Shown here: in pieces, positions 21,100-31,867 of the stretch
Position numbering within the stretch: the first letter of the stretch is position 1
Layout: each line of letters begins with the position of its first letter
Origin: Ignavibacteriota bacterium
GTDB taxonomy: Bacteria; Bacteroidota; Ignavibacteria; UBA10030; UBA6906
Reading direction: 5' to 3'
NCBI GenBank assembly: GCA_963801355.1
Contig: CAWDEM010000008.1
Coordinates: forward strand, 448,001-512,000
DNA length: 64,000 nucleotides
Made by a program: the position numbers and the translations under genes
The notes under the pieces: generated by a model
What the model was told of the DNA's origin: nothing
The model's database searches: none
Seen by the model: the letters and a program-made list of their open reading frames with translations, nothing else

Positions 21100-21103
21100 C
21101 AGA

Positions 21104-21373
21104 ATGGCAATTACGAAGGAAATCAAGGAAGGCATTATCGCGAAGTACGGCAAGACGCCGAAGGACACGGGAATTCCTGAAGTGCAGATCGCCCTTCTGA
21201 CGGCGCGCATCAACGATCTTGCACCGCATTTTGAGAAATTCCCGAAAGATCATCTCTCACGTGTCGGACTGCTGAAGATGGTGGGCAAGCGCCGCCGTTT
21301 ACTGGACTACCTTCGCGAGAAGAATATCGAGCGGTACAGGAAGATCATTGAAGAATTGCAGCTTCGTAAGTAA
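21104..21373 (+). CDS. rpsO: 30S ribosomal protein S15
   Basis: [30 protein letters not shown]. Confidence 0.98.
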   Translation: MAITKEIKEGIIAKYGKTPKDTGIPEVQIALLTARINDLAPHFEKFPKDHLSRVGLLKMVGKRRRLLDYLREKNIERYRKIIEELQLRK

Positions 21374-21400
21374 CTCGTGTCTTAACAATTGCAGGGTGTA

Positions 21401-23611
21401 ATGAAAGTCACCAAAGAAATTGAAATCGGGGGAAAACTGTTCTCCCTGGAGACCGGGCGATTCGCCAAACAGGCGGACGGCGCGGTGATGGCGCGGTATG
21501 GCGATACCATGGTGCTGGCCACCGTGGTGGCCAATGACGAGCCCACCCCCGGTCTGGATTACTTCCCCCTTCAGGTCGAGTATCGCGAAAAAGCCGCCTC
21601 AGCGGGAAAGATTCCCGGCGGGTTCCTGAAACGCGAGGCCCGTCCATCGGAGAAGGAAATCCTCTCCGCACGCGTCATCGATCGACCAATCCGGCCCATG
21701 TTCCCGGATTGGTATCAGTGTGAGACGCAAATCATCGTCACCGTGTATTCTTCCGACCAGGAGCATGACGGCGACGTGCTCGGCGCAGTGGCCGCTTCCG
21801 CGGCGCTGGCGATATCCGACATTCCGTTCACCGGGCCGGTTGCGGAGGTTCGTGTCGGCCGGCTGAACGGCGAGTTCATCATCAACCCCACCTATTCGCA
21901 GATCGTGACCAGCGACATGGATATTACCGTTGCCGGCACGGATGATTCGATTGTCATGGTGGAAGGGGAGGCCAGAGAGATTTCCGAGAAGGAAATGCTG
22001 GAAGCCCTCGTGTTTGCACACGGGTACATCAAACAGATCTGCGCCCTGCAAGCGGAACTGGCGAAGGAAGTCGGGAAGCAGAAGCGTCTTCAACCGGACA
22101 GCGACGCGAATGCGCCACTGAAGGCCGAGGTGAAAACCCTTGCCGGAGAACGCATCAACACGCTGGCCGGGACGGCACTGCTGAAAGAAGTGAGAGCGAA
22201 GCAGACGGCTGACCTGCAGAAAGAAGTGCTGGCTGCTCTGGCCGAAAGGTATCCCGAGCAGGAGGACGTGATCAAGGAAGCCCTGCATCAGCTTGAGTAC
22301 CATGCGATGCGCGAAATGATCCTGACGCACGGGCGGCGTCTGGATGGCCGCGGGCTCCGCGAAATCCGTCCGATAACTATTGAAGTCGGTCTACTCCCCC
22401 GGACACATGGCTCGGCGTTGTTCCAGCGCGGTGAGACGCAGAGTCTGACTACGGTGACCCTGGGGACCAAGCTCGACGAACAAATCATCGACGGTCTGGC
22501 ACCGGAGTCCTCGAAGCGATTCATGCTGCACTACAACTTCCCCCCGTTTTCCGTGGGCGAGGTCGGCCGCCTTGGCACGACCGGACGCAGGGAAGTAGGT
22601 CACGGGAACCTGGCCGAACGCTCGATCAAGAACGTGATGCCCCCCGAAGCGTCATTCCCGTATACGGTCCGCATCGTGTCCGATATCCTGGAGTCGAACG
22701 GGTCCTCCTCTATGGCGACCGTTTGTGCGGCGAGCCTTGCATTGATGGACGGCGGCGCGCCGCTCGCGAAGCCGGTCGCAGGCATTGCGATGGGGCTCGT
22801 GAAAGAAGGAGACCGGGTGGCGATTCTGAGCGATATTCTGGGAAATGAGGATCACCTCGGCGACATGGACTTCAAAGTCGCGGGCACGCCCGACGGCATC
22901 ACCGCCTGCCAGATGGATATCAAGGTGCGCGGCATCTCGATCGAGATCATGCAGAACGCGCTGGAGCAGGCACGTGAGGGGCGTATGCACATCCTCGGCA
23001 AGATGGGGGAGGTTATCTCCGCGCCGCGCGCCGACCTGTCGTCGTTCGCACCGCGTCTGACGACCATTCACATCCCCGTGGATATGATCGGTGCGGTCAT
23101 CGGGCCGGGCGGAAAAAATATCCGCAAGATCGTCAGCGACAGCGGCGCAGAAATCAACATCGAAGACGATGGTTCGGTCGTCGTTGCCGCCACGACCAAG
23201 GAATCGGCCGACAAAGCGATTGCGGCAATCAGCCGGATCACCGAGGTCCCGGAAGTCGGAAAAATCTACAACGCCACCGTGAAGAAAGTCACCGACTTTG
23301 GTGCGTTTGTGGAATTCCTCCCCGGCAAGGAAGGACTTGTGCACGTGTCGCAGCTGGACGTGAAACGTGTCGCAAACCCGTCGGATGTTGTGAAGGTCGG
23401 GGATGTCTTCGACGTGAAGATCGTCGACAAGGACGACATGGGGCGGTGGAAGCTCAGCCGCAAGGCCGTGCTCGCGCCCGACGTGCCGTACGAGCGAACC
23501 CCGCCACGGAGAGAAGGTGGCGACAGGCCTCACCGTGATCACCCATCCGGGGACAGAGGGCATGACAGAGGACACGGCAGGGGACCGAGCAGGGACACGA
23601 AGAGCGAGTAG
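21401..23611 (+). CDS. pnp: Polyribonucleotide nucleotidyltransferase
   Basis: [33 protein letters not shown] and S1 domains; ATG at 21401. Confidence 0.98.
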   Translation: MKVTKEIEIGGKLFSLETGRFAKQADGAVMARYGDTMVLATVVANDEPTPGLDYFPLQVEYREKAASAGKIPGGFLKREARPSEKEILSARVIDRPIRPMFPDWYQCETQIIVTVYSSDQEHDGDVLGAVAASAALAISDIPFTGPVAEVRVGRLNGEFIINPTYSQIVTSDMDITVAGTDDSIVMVEGEAREISEKEMLEALVFAHGYIKQICALQAELAKEVGKQKRLQPDSDANAPLKAEVKTLAGERINTLAGTALLKEVRAKQTADLQKEVLAALAERYPEQEDVIKEALHQLEYHAMREMILTHGRRLDGRGLREIRPITIEVGLLPRTHGSALFQRGETQSLTTVTLGTKLDEQIIDGLAPESSKRFMLHYNFPPFSVGEVGRLGTTGRREVGHGNLAERSIKNVMPPEASFPYTVRIVSDILESNGSSSMATVCAASLALMDGGAPLAKPVAGIAMGLVKEGDRVAILSDILGNEDHLGDMDFKVAGTPDGITACQMDIKVRGISIEIMQNALEQAREGRMHILGKMGEVISAPRADLSSFAPRLTTIHIPVDMIGAVIGPGGKNIRKIVSDSGAEINIEDDGSVVVAATTKESADKAIAAISRITEVPEVGKIYNATVKKVTDFGAFVEFLPGKEGLVHVSQLDVKRVANPSDVVKVGDVFDVKIVDKDDMGRWKLSRKAVLAPDVPYERTPPRREGGDRPHRDHPSGDRGHDRGHGRGPSRDTKSE

Positions 23612-23634
23612 ATCGTCCGCCGGCAAAACCAACA

Positions 23635-23674
23635 AAGCCACGAAGGAGAGTTGTCCTTCGTGGCTTCTGTTTTG
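23635..23674 (+). terminator. Intrinsic terminator after pnp (possibly bidirectional with bshC)
   Basis: AAGCCACGAAGGA-gagttg-TCCTTCGTGGCTT followed by CTGTTTTG. Confidence 0.85.
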
Positions 23675-23704
23675 TACAGGCGCCTGGCGGGTGCGGGGGA
23701 AAAC

Positions 23705-25348
23705 CTACCGCATCAGCATTTGGTGTTTGAACCCCGTGACATCCACATGATGCTCCAGCCACCGCACGACATCGGGACCGTACTTGTTGAGAAAGTGCAG
23801 GATATTCAGCTGACGCTCCTGGAGGCTCCCGCCGGGCAGAACACCGCTGACGGCTTTTTCAATCTGGCGGACCGCAGTTTCGTGCTGCCGCTTCTGCGCG
23901 GTGATGGATTTTTCCTTGAGCAGGTTCACCGTCGTGGTAATCTTCCCGATCGCGTTCTCGAGTGCGCCGGTGAGTGTCGGGTCAACTTCTCCCAAACCGA
24001 ATTTCAGCTCGTTCAGCGCTTCTGATAGTCCGCCGGTCGCCCGTGCAAACATCTCGTCCAGATTGATCTCCGCGATCTGCTGAACCACCTTATGGGTCAA
24101 CTGCGCGGTATCTCCGAAGAGATCCGAAACATCAAGCCCATACTTCTCCAGAACGCGCTGCACGCGCTCTTCGACGATCGTTGCGCTGGCACGTGGGAAA
24201 AGCACAGGTTGCACGATTCCAAAGTGCTGGTACAACGGAGCAAGCTGGGCATGGTAGGCGATTTCCGACGGGCCGGCGACATAGGCGACGGTGGGCAACA
24301 GCGAATCCTGCGCGAGCGGCCGCAACACCACATTCGGGCTCAGCAACTCGGGGTTTTCCATTGCAATGCGCTGAAGCTCTTCCGGCTGAATGAAGTGACG
24401 CGTGCCCTTCAGGCTGAAATCGCTCTCCCGCGGCTCAATGGGATAGCGCCCGCCTTTGTGAAAGAAGAATAGATTGATCGATTTTGGTTTGACCTGGGCG
24501 TGATAACGCTGTTCGAGTTCGGCGCTTTGACCGATCACAATTTGTGAGGTGATGGGGTACTGCGTCACCTCGCGGAAAAACAGCGGGGAGAGAAGCCTCT
24601 TCAGTTCCGCCCTGTTGCCGGACATGAAGATTATGCCGGAATCGGGAAAGAGGCGCTGCAGCCATTTGGCGAAGGCCGTGTTGAACGTGCTCCCTTCCTG
24701 ATAGCACATCCGGAGCCCGTCCAGCAGATCGTGTGTGAACTCAGTGTGGGGTAAGGCGGAACCCAGGGAAGCTAACGTATGTTCTAGTGAAGAGTCAAAG
24801 GACATTTCGCCAACGGGACCCGGGTTGCGGTCGGGCATGAGGCCGCCGGGGAGATACTCGATTTTTACAACGGAACCCTGTGTATCGAGGACCTGGGTGT
24901 GGTTCATTTCCGCAAAATCATGATCTTCCCCCTCCAACCAGAATACCGGCACAAAGTCCCATCGGGGATATTTTTCTTTGAGCCGCCTGCTCAGGATAAC
25001 GGTCGTAAGGGTTTTGAGGACCGTGTACATCGGTCCTCCGAACAATCCCACCTGTTGCCCTGTGACCACTGCGAACGTAGTCGGCTTGCGGAGCAGCGCG
25101 ATGTTCGCGAGCGTTTGCTCCGGCGCAGCGAGCTCAGTCTGCTGTGCCAGCAACGCATCCGCTACCTGGTTTCTGTACGCATGCGGACGATTCTGCAGGG
25201 CACCGATCACCGTTTCATATGAAGCGTTCTCACGGAAATCAGTCCGGAAGAAAGATTGCACGCGCGGATAGTCGTACAGATAATCAAAGAAGAGATCTGA
25301 GAATCCCCCGACGGCGGGCGGCAGTTGTCGAAAGTCGATCCAGTTCAT
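23705..25348 (-). CDS. bshC: Bacillithiol biosynthesis cysteine-adding enzyme
   Basis: VVTGQQVGLFGGP.YT..K, VPVFWLEGEDHDFAE, SPNVVLRP, YVAGPSEIAY, LQER. Confidence 0.95.
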   Translation of the reverse strand: MNWIDFRQLPPAVGGFSDLFFDYLYDYPRVQSFFRTDFRENASYETVIGALQNRPHAYRNQVADALLAQQTELAAPEQTLANIALLRKPTTFAVVTGQQVGLFGGPMYTVLKTLTTVILSRRLKEKYPRWDFVPVFWLEGEDHDFAEMNHTQVLDTQGSVVKIEYLPGGLMPDRNPGPVGEMSFDSSLEHTLASLGSALPHTEFTHDLLDGLRMCYQEGSTFNTAFAKWLQRLFPDSGIIFMSGNRAELKRLLSPLFFREVTQYPITSQIVIGQSAELEQRYHAQVKPKSINLFFFHKGGRYPIEPRESDFSLKGTRHFIQPEELQRIAMENPELLSPNVVLRPLAQDSLLPTVAYVAGPSEIAYHAQLAPLYQHFGIVQPVLFPRASATIVEERVQRVLEKYGLDVSDLFGDTAQLTHKVVQQIAEINLDEMFARATGGLSEALNELKFGLGEVDPTLTGALENAIGKITTTVNLLKEKSITAQKRQHETAVRQIEKAVSGVLPGGSLQERQLNILHFLNKYGPDVVRWLEHHVDVTGFKHQMLMR

Positions 25349-25374
25349 GACGCCTAATATCGACAAAAAAGGCG

Positions 25375-25403
25375 TTGCTTTCAAGTTGAAAGTTACTTAC
25401 ACT
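25375..25403 (+). promoter_or_regulatory. Putative promoter of the ACIII-oxidase operon with an overlapping palindrome
   Basis: TTGCTT-17 bp-TACACT; CTTTCAA-G-TTGAAAG at 25378-25392. Confidence 0.5.
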
Positions 25404-25465
25404 AGCCGAAGATGCAACCCGCATGTGCGGATGACCGCATTTCCTCATCCGTTTCCTGTCGTTGA

Positions 25466-26041
25466 ATGCCTATGAAGAAGTCCCTACTTGACTATACGTT
25501 GAAAATCCGCGTCCCGATCATCCTTTTTGTGGGGGTGGTTGCCTTCGTAACGACGTACTACCTGTCGCGGGCTGAGCGTGAAGGGGTGGGCTATGCTCCC
25601 GCCCAGCCGATTGCGTTTTCCCACAGGCTGCACGCAGGCACAATGCACATCGACTGCAAATATTGTCACTCGGCGGTAACAAGTTCCCCGCACGCCGGAA
25701 TTCCTGCTGTTTCTGTGTGTATGAACTGCCATACCGTAGCCCGGAAAGCCCAACCCGAGATCATCAGACTCACCAAGTTCTATGAAGGAGGGAGCGCGCT
25801 TCCGTGGAAGCGCGTTCATCGCGTTCCCGACTATGCGTATTTCAACCATAGCGTGCATGTGAACCGGGGAATCGACTGCGCCAATTGCCACGGAAAAGTC
25901 GAGGCCATGGAGGTTGTGGAGCAGGTTTCCCAATTCACGATGGGAGCATGCTTGGATTGTCACAGGAATGCACCCGCCCGGCTCGCGGGAGTGCCCAATA
26001 TCAAGCGTGGGCCGGAGAAGTGCGGGTCGTGCCACAGGTAG
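25466..26041 (+). CDS. actA: Alternative complex III pentaheme cytochrome c subunit
   Basis: N-terminal TM; five CxxCH (CKYCH, CMNCH, CANCH, CLDCH, CGSCH); QPIAFSH..H, YFNHSVHV. Confidence 0.93.
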   Translation: MPMKKSLLDYTLKIRVPIILFVGVVAFVTTYYLSRAEREGVGYAPAQPIAFSHRLHAGTMHIDCKYCHSAVTSSPHAGIPAVSVCMNCHTVARKAQPEIIRLTKFYEGGSALPWKRVHRVPDYAYFNHSVHVNRGIDCANCHGKVEAMEVVEQVSQFTMGACLDCHRNAPARLAGVPNIKRGPEKCGSCHR

Positions 26042-26050
26042 GAGCAGGCG

Positions 26051-26350
26051 ATGTCACAGGCAAAAAATCAGGGGCCAGAGCTGTACCAATTGAGGATTGT
26101 CAATCGACTATCCACAATCGACAATCGGTCGGGGTCAGACCCCACCCGCCGATCCCGGCGGTCATTCCTCAGCCGCTCGGGAGGCTTGATAGCCGGACTT
26201 CTTGCCGGTGTACCCTTGATTCGCCGTGCATTCTCACTCGGCAGGGGCGATTCGCCGTCCCCAAAGCCCGGAGGTTCCGGACAGATCCAGGCCAGGATTC
26301 ACCCCATGGCAGTGCCTCGCACATCAACGAGTTCACACCCCAATGTCTGA
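26051..26350 (+). CDS. Small hypothetical protein with a twin-arginine motif, inside the ACIII operon
   Basis: AGGAG RBS; fills the actA-actB gap; stop overlaps the actB ATG (ATGTCTGA); SRRSFL followed by a hydrophobic stretch. Confidence 0.6.
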   Translation: MSQAKNQGPELYQLRIVNRLSTIDNRSGSDPTRRSRRSFLSRSGGLIAGLLAGVPLIRRAFSLGRGDSPSPKPGGSGQIQARIHPMAVPRTSTSSHPNV

Positions 26351-29342
26351 ATTCCTGCCAGGTGTGACCGACGCGTTTTCTCCGGAGGAACTTTCGCCGA
26401 TCTCCCGCAAACAGTTCCTCGGATTGCTGGCCGCTTCTGCTGCCTTTGCCGCGACGGGATGTACTGACTACCGGGACAAAGGAGAGATTGTTCCCTACAC
26501 AAGAAAACCCGAAGAGATCACTCCGGGCGTGGCGAACCACTACGCCTCCACCTGCACCGGTTGTTCACAAGCTTGCGGCACATTGATCAAGACCCGTGAG
26601 GGGAGGCCCGTCAAAGTTGATGGCAATCCCGATCATCCCATCAACAAGGGGAAACTCTGTGCGAAGGGACAGGCATCGATCCTTTCGCTCTATGATCCCG
26701 CGCGGCTTCGCAGCCCCCGGTATGGTGCTGCCTCTTCGCAAAGCGGAGACGTTGCATGGGATGCCGCCGATGCCGAGATCATCCGGCATTTGACCGAGAG
26801 CCGAGGCACCGGTAAGCCCATATTCCTCTTTACTTCTCCTGTGCAATCGCCGACAGCGCGCAAGCTCCTCACTGAGTTTGCTGTGGCGTTCCCCGGCACC
26901 CGGATCATTCCCTACACACTGCTCAATGACGAAGTGCGCAGGAGAGCCTGGGAAGCATGTTACGGAGCTGTTCCGCTCCCGGTGATTCTCTGGGAAAACG
27001 CCCGCGTCATCGTTGCGCTCGAAGCGGACTTTCTCGGCACAGAAGGATTCAGCATAGAGCAGAGCCGTCAGTTTGCCACCGGCCGCGACGTCATGAAGTC
27101 AACACAGTTTAACCGGCTCTATGCGGTTGAATCGGGATTTTCCCTGACGAGTGCAAATGCTGACTACCGTTTGAAGCTGCATCCTTCGGCACAGACAGCC
27201 TTCGTGCTTGCATTGTTGAACGAAATGCTCTTGAAGCGGAAGGCTGTCGCGGCGCCTCGTGCGGTGCAAGCGGCAGTAGAAGCACACGACCTTGGCGGCT
27301 TCTGTGCGAGTCACGGCGTCGCGCAGGACATTGTCACTCATCTTGTTGACGACCTGCTTTCCAGCCGCAAGAAAGGGATGGTGTACGCCGGTCCCGGTCT
27401 TCCGGAAGAGACGCATATCGCCGTCAATGTCCTGAACGACGTATTGGGCAACACAGCGCTATACAGCGAGACCGCGACAGATGCTCCGGGGCTGCGGCCG
27501 GCGACGTCCCGGGAGGTCGCAAGCGCAGTCGACGCGATCAGGGCCGGTCTTGCGGGCGTCGTGCTGCACTGTGGTGTCAACCCGGTATACGATCTTCCGA
27601 AGTCGTTCGGGTATGCGGAAGCCCTGAAACACGTTCCCCTGAGTATTGATCTCGCAGAAGTCGAGAGTGAAACGGGGCAGCTTTGCACGTACCTGTTGCC
27701 GGTACACAACGCGTTAGAAAGCTGGGGCGACCATCAGGTCAGGACGGGCCTCTATTCGTTGCAGCAGCCGGTGGTTGCACCATTGTACGATACCCGGCAA
27801 CGCGAGGCAATCCTGCTGCATTGGATGGCAGGGCAGACACCCTATGCTGAAACGCTCTACCATACGTATCTCAAGAATCACTGGGAGAATGGCATCTTCC
27901 CGTCCCTCGGCCGCGCAGTATCGTTTGAGGCCTTCTGGAATGCCTCATTGCACGACGGTGTTGTGCCCGTTCAATCGGCTGCGGCGCCACGCCAGCCGTT
28001 GAACCAGACCGTCCTCACGGGGCTGGCGGCAGGTGATCTGCGCACCACGATGGTTCTCTCCTGGAACGAGGGCCCGTTCACGGGTGACGGGCGATTCGCC
28101 AACAACGGCTGGCTCCAGGAACTGCCGCACCCGATCACGCGGATTGTGTGGGACAATTATGCCGCGGTGTCTCCCGTGAGCGCGGCCGCACTTGGTGTTG
28201 AGATGCACGACCTGTTGAAGGTCCAGACGCCTTCGGGATCACAAACGCTTCCCGTGTTCGTGCAGGCGGGTATGGCCGACAATGTTGTGGTTGTCAGCAC
28301 GGGTTATGGCCGCTGGAATGCCGGTCCGGTAGGCTCCGGCGTGGGCACGGACATCACGCCGTTGTTTCCCGGTGCGGCGCTGGACGGCGGAAGGATAATT
28401 CCTCTCGTCAAGGCGGAAAAAGCGCTCGGCCGTCATGTCCTCGTCACAACGCAGGAGCACCACTCCCTTGATGATTCCTTCGTTAAGGATTTGCACCTGA
28501 AGCGGAAGATCATCCGGGAAAACACCCTGACGCGTCATCAACAGGATCCGCTCTGGCTGCAGCGCGAACACCGTGAACATGAAAGCATCAGCACGGAAGT
28601 GGAATACCACGGCGTCAAGTGGGCCATGGCGATCGATCTCAACAAATGCACCGGCTGTGCCGCGTGTGTTGCAAGCTGCAACGTCGAAAACAACCTTCCC
28701 GTGATCGGCAAAGAGCAGGTCGAGAAGGGAAGGGAGATGCAATGGATACGTATAGACCGTTACTTCAGCGGGAGTCCGGAGGACCCGGTTGCGAGTCATC
28801 AGCCCATGCTGTGCCAGCATTGCGACAACGCTCCGTGCGAAAATGTCTGTCCTGTTGTGGCCACCAACCACAGTGACGACGGGTTGAACCAGATGATCTA
28901 CAACCGTTGTGTCGGCACGAAGTACTGCTCCAACAACTGTCCGTTCAAGGTGCGCCGCTTCAATTTCTATAATTTCCGGGATCACTTTGCGGATGGATAC
29001 TATTTACAGGAGCCGGTATCGCTGGTGTACAATCCGGAAGTCACCGTGCGTTCGCGGGGCGTCATGGAGAAGTGCACATTCTGCGTGCAGCGGATCATGG
29101 AAGCGCGTCAGCACGCGACGGAGAAGGGTGTCACGTTTGATGGTGCCGGTGTGCAGACGGCATGCGAAGTGGCATGCCCGGCGGAGGCGATTGTATTCGG
29201 AAACATGAACGATCCGGCCTCAGCTGTCTCCCGGTACCGCGAGCATGATCTGGCGTACCACGTCCTCGAGGATCTGAACGTCCGTCCCAACGTGACGTAT
29301 CTGGCGCGTTTGCGGAATACTCACACGGAGAGAACCACGTGA
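26343..29342 (+). CDS. actB: Alternative complex III subunit ActB (molybdopterin-oxidoreductase fold fused to a 4Fe-4S domain)
   Basis: SRKQFL...ATGC signal; [22 protein letters not shown]; [36 protein letters not shown]. Confidence 0.93.
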   Translation: MSEFLPGVTDAFSPEELSPISRKQFLGLLAASAAFAATGCTDYRDKGEIVPYTRKPEEITPGVANHYASTCTGCSQACGTLIKTREGRPVKVDGNPDHPINKGKLCAKGQASILSLYDPARLRSPRYGAASSQSGDVAWDAADAEIIRHLTESRGTGKPIFLFTSPVQSPTARKLLTEFAVAFPGTRIIPYTLLNDEVRRRAWEACYGAVPLPVILWENARVIVALEADFLGTEGFSIEQSRQFATGRDVMKSTQFNRLYAVESGFSLTSANADYRLKLHPSAQTAFVLALLNEMLLKRKAVAAPRAVQAAVEAHDLGGFCASHGVAQDIVTHLVDDLLSSRKKGMVYAGPGLPEETHIAVNVLNDVLGNTALYSETATDAPGLRPATSREVASAVDAIRAGLAGVVLHCGVNPVYDLPKSFGYAEALKHVPLSIDLAEVESETGQLCTYLLPVHNALESWGDHQVRTGLYSLQQPVVAPLYDTRQREAILLHWMAGQTPYAETLYHTYLKNHWENGIFPSLGRAVSFEAFWNASLHDGVVPVQSAAAPRQPLNQTVLTGLAAGDLRTTMVLSWNEGPFTGDGRFANNGWLQELPHPITRIVWDNYAAVSPVSAAALGVEMHDLLKVQTPSGSQTLPVFVQAGMADNVVVVSTGYGRWNAGPVGSGVGTDITPLFPGAALDGGRIIPLVKAEKALGRHVLVTTQEHHSLDDSFVKDLHLKRKIIRENTLTRHQQDPLWLQREHREHESISTEVEYHGVKWAMAIDLNKCTGCAACVASCNVENNLPVIGKEQVEKGREMQWIRIDRYFSGSPEDPVASHQPMLCQHCDNAPCENVCPVVATNHSDDGLNQMIYNRCVGTKYCSNNCPFKVRRFNFYNFRDHFADGYYLQEPVSLVYNPEVTVRSRGVMEKCTFCVQRIMEARQHATEKGVTFDGAGVQTACEVACPAEAIVFGNMNDPASAVSRYREHDLAYHVLEDLNVRPNVTYLARLRNTHTERTT

Positions 29343-30709
29343 GCACAGTGCTCGTCGATTACACCCGGGAAGAGGAGGTGATTGCCGGCAGGCCAACGGC
29401 CGGCGACATCGATGCGGTGGTATCGGCGCCACTTGACCGCTTTCCGTCACGGCTCTGGTGGATTGCATTCAGCGTCACCGGCACCATGCTTGGCTTCGGG
29501 GTTGTCTGCATCGCAATCACGGTGCTGTACGGACTGGGCACCTGGGGCATCAATGAGCCTGTCTCCTGGGGTTTTGACATCGTCAACTTTGTGTTCTGGG
29601 TGGGCATCGGTCATGCGGGAACGTTGATTTCCGCCATACTCTTTCTGCTCCGCCAGCGGTGGAGAAACGGCATCGCGCGTTTTGCCGAAGCGATGACGAT
29701 CTTTGCGGTGATGTGCGCCGGCATATTCCCGCTGCTGCACACCGGGCGGCCGTGGCTCCCGCTGTACCTGACACCGTACCCGAACCAGCACGGTCTGTGG
29801 GTGAACTTTACTTCACCGCTGTTGTGGGACGTGTTCGCCGTCTCAACGTATTTGACCGTGTCGGCAGTGTTCTGGTACCTGGGGCTCGTGCCGGATTTTG
29901 CCACGCTGCGCGACCGCACGGTGCATCCGGTGAAAAAAACTATCTATTCGGTACTTAGTCTCGGGTGGCGCCATTCCAACCGCCACTGGCATCACTTCGA
30001 GCGCGCCTATCTCATCCTGGCCGGCTTTGCGACTCCCCTCGTACTCTCCGTGCACACCATCGTCAGTTTTGACTTTGCGGTCTCGGTCATCCCGGGATGG
30101 CACACGACGATCTTCCCGCCGTATTTTGTCGCGGGCGCGGTCTTTTCCGGTTTCGCCATGGTGCAGAATTCTCTCATTCTCGTGCGCCAGTACTTCTCGT
30201 TGAAACATCTCATTACGCTGGACACGCTTGAGAAGATGAACAAGGTGATGATCCTGACGGGAAGTCTGGTGGGCTACGCCTATGCGACCGAGTTCTTCAT
30301 CGCCTGGTACAGCGGCAGCCAGTTCGAATCGTTTGTGTTCATCAACCGGGCACTTGGGCCGTACGCGTGGGCGTACTGGATCATGATCACCTGCAACGTG
30401 GTGTTCCCGCAGCTTTTCTGGTTCAAGAAGATCCGCAGGTCCATCCCGGCGATGTTTGTCATCGGACTCTTCGTCAATGTCGGGATGTGGTTCGAGAGGT
30501 TTGTCATCATCGTCACCTCATTGTCACGCGACTTTCTTCCGACGAGCTGGGGGCACTACGTGCCGAGCATTATCGACGTCGGCATACTCGTCGGCAGTTT
30601 CGGGTTGTTCTTTACATTGATTCTGTTGTTCGTGCGTGTGGCACCCGTGATCTCGCTGGCGGAGATCAAATCCGTCGTGCCCGGGGCACAACCGCACCAT
30701 CACAGCTGA
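29339..30709 (+). CDS. actC: Alternative complex III subunit ActC (NrfD/PsrC family)
   Basis: [44 protein letters not shown]. Confidence 0.95.
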   Translation: MSTVLVDYTREEEVIAGRPTAGDIDAVVSAPLDRFPSRLWWIAFSVTGTMLGFGVVCIAITVLYGLGTWGINEPVSWGFDIVNFVFWVGIGHAGTLISAILFLLRQRWRNGIARFAEAMTIFAVMCAGIFPLLHTGRPWLPLYLTPYPNQHGLWVNFTSPLLWDVFAVSTYLTVSAVFWYLGLVPDFATLRDRTVHPVKKTIYSVLSLGWRHSNRHWHHFERAYLILAGFATPLVLSVHTIVSFDFAVSVIPGWHTTIFPPYFVAGAVFSGFAMVQNSLILVRQYFSLKHLITLDTLEKMNKVMILTGSLVGYAYATEFFIAWYSGSQFESFVFINRALGPYAWAYWIMITCNVVFPQLFWFKKIRRSIPAMFVIGLFVNVGMWFERFVIIVTSLSRDFLPTSWGHYVPSIIDVGILVGSFGLFFTLILLFVRVAPVISLAEIKSVVPGAQPHHHS

Positions 30710-30730
30710 TGTGTCAGACACTGAAACCCC

Positions 30731-31867
30731 ATGCGCAATCCACTGTACAGCATCACCGCACTGTTCGCGTCGCCTGACGCCCTGGTGCACGCGGTTCAAG
30801 AAACGGTCAAGGCGGGGTACACGCGGTATGATGTCCATTCGCCATACCCCATTCACGGGATCGAACGCAGCATGCGGCTCCGGACTTCGCCGCTGGGGTA
30901 TTTCGCCCTGGCCTTCGGGCTCCTCGGGGCATTCGGCTCCGTCGGGTTGATGACATGGATCACGCTCGTCGACTACCCGCTCGTCATCGGAGGGAAGCCG
31001 TTCTGGTCCTGGCCGGCATTCGTCCCGGTTGCATTTGAACTGACGGTATTGTCGGCATCGGTCCTCACGGTCGTGACTATGATCGTGTTGTACTTCAGAT
31101 TTCCTAATAACAGCCACCCGTTGCATGATACGCCGTACATGAAGCGCGTGTCATCCGATGGATTCGGGATCAGCATACAGGCGGACGATCCGGTGTTTCA
31201 TGAAGCCGCTGTGCGCGCGCACCTCGCGCGGGTGGCGGGGACGGAAATCGCCGCGGTGTATTATGATTCCACGGAGATGGACCACGGGCAGAGGCTCTTT
31301 GATCTCCGGTTCATCGGTCTCCTGATCGGCGTTGCGATCGTCGTCTCGGGGGGCACATACATCGCCTTAAACAAGGTGGCGTTCATGGAACCGTTCAGCT
31401 GGATGATGGAACAGGCGAAGCTGAAGGCCCAGGCGCCGAGCACTTTTTTTGCGGATGGAGCAGGAATGCGCACACCGGTCCCGGGGACCGTCGCGCGGGG
31501 ATTCCTGCCTTACGCGTTCGCGGGAAAGCCCGCCGAGGCGGAGAAAAACCTGGTTAATCCCCTCGCGCCGACAGCTGACGTGCTGGATCGCGGGCGTACC
31601 CGGTATCTGACATTCTGCAGTCCGTGTCATGGCAATTTTGGCCGGGGCGACAGTCGCCTGCGCGGACAATTCCCGAATCCGCCCTCACTGCTGTCGGACA
31701 AAGTGCACAATTGGCCGGACGGGAGCATCTATCATGTGATTACGAACGGGCAGAATATCATGCCTTCGTATTCCGGACAGATCGGCAGAGATGATCGCTG
31801 GGCGATTGTGCACTATGTGCGTGCCCTGGAGCGTGCCCAATCTGCGAAGGAGTCCGATCTGAGATGA
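30731..31867 (+). CDS. actD: ActD-ActE fusion (DUF3341 plus monoheme cytochrome c)
   Basis: HSPYPIHG, GGKP..SWPAFVPVAFELTVL; then PVPGTVARG, CSPCHG, IMPSY, DRWAIVHY. Confidence 0.9.
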   Translation: MRNPLYSITALFASPDALVHAVQETVKAGYTRYDVHSPYPIHGIERSMRLRTSPLGYFALAFGLLGAFGSVGLMTWITLVDYPLVIGGKPFWSWPAFVPVAFELTVLSASVLTVVTMIVLYFRFPNNSHPLHDTPYMKRVSSDGFGISIQADDPVFHEAAVRAHLARVAGTEIAAVYYDSTEMDHGQRLFDLRFIGLLIGVAIVVSGGTYIALNKVAFMEPFSWMMEQAKLKAQAPSTFFADGAGMRTPVPGTVARGFLPYAFAGKPAEAEKNLVNPLAPTADVLDRGRTRYLTFCSPCHGNFGRGDSRLRGQFPNPPSLLSDKVHNWPDGSIYHVITNGQNIMPSYSGQIGRDDRWAIVHYVRALERAQSAKESDLR

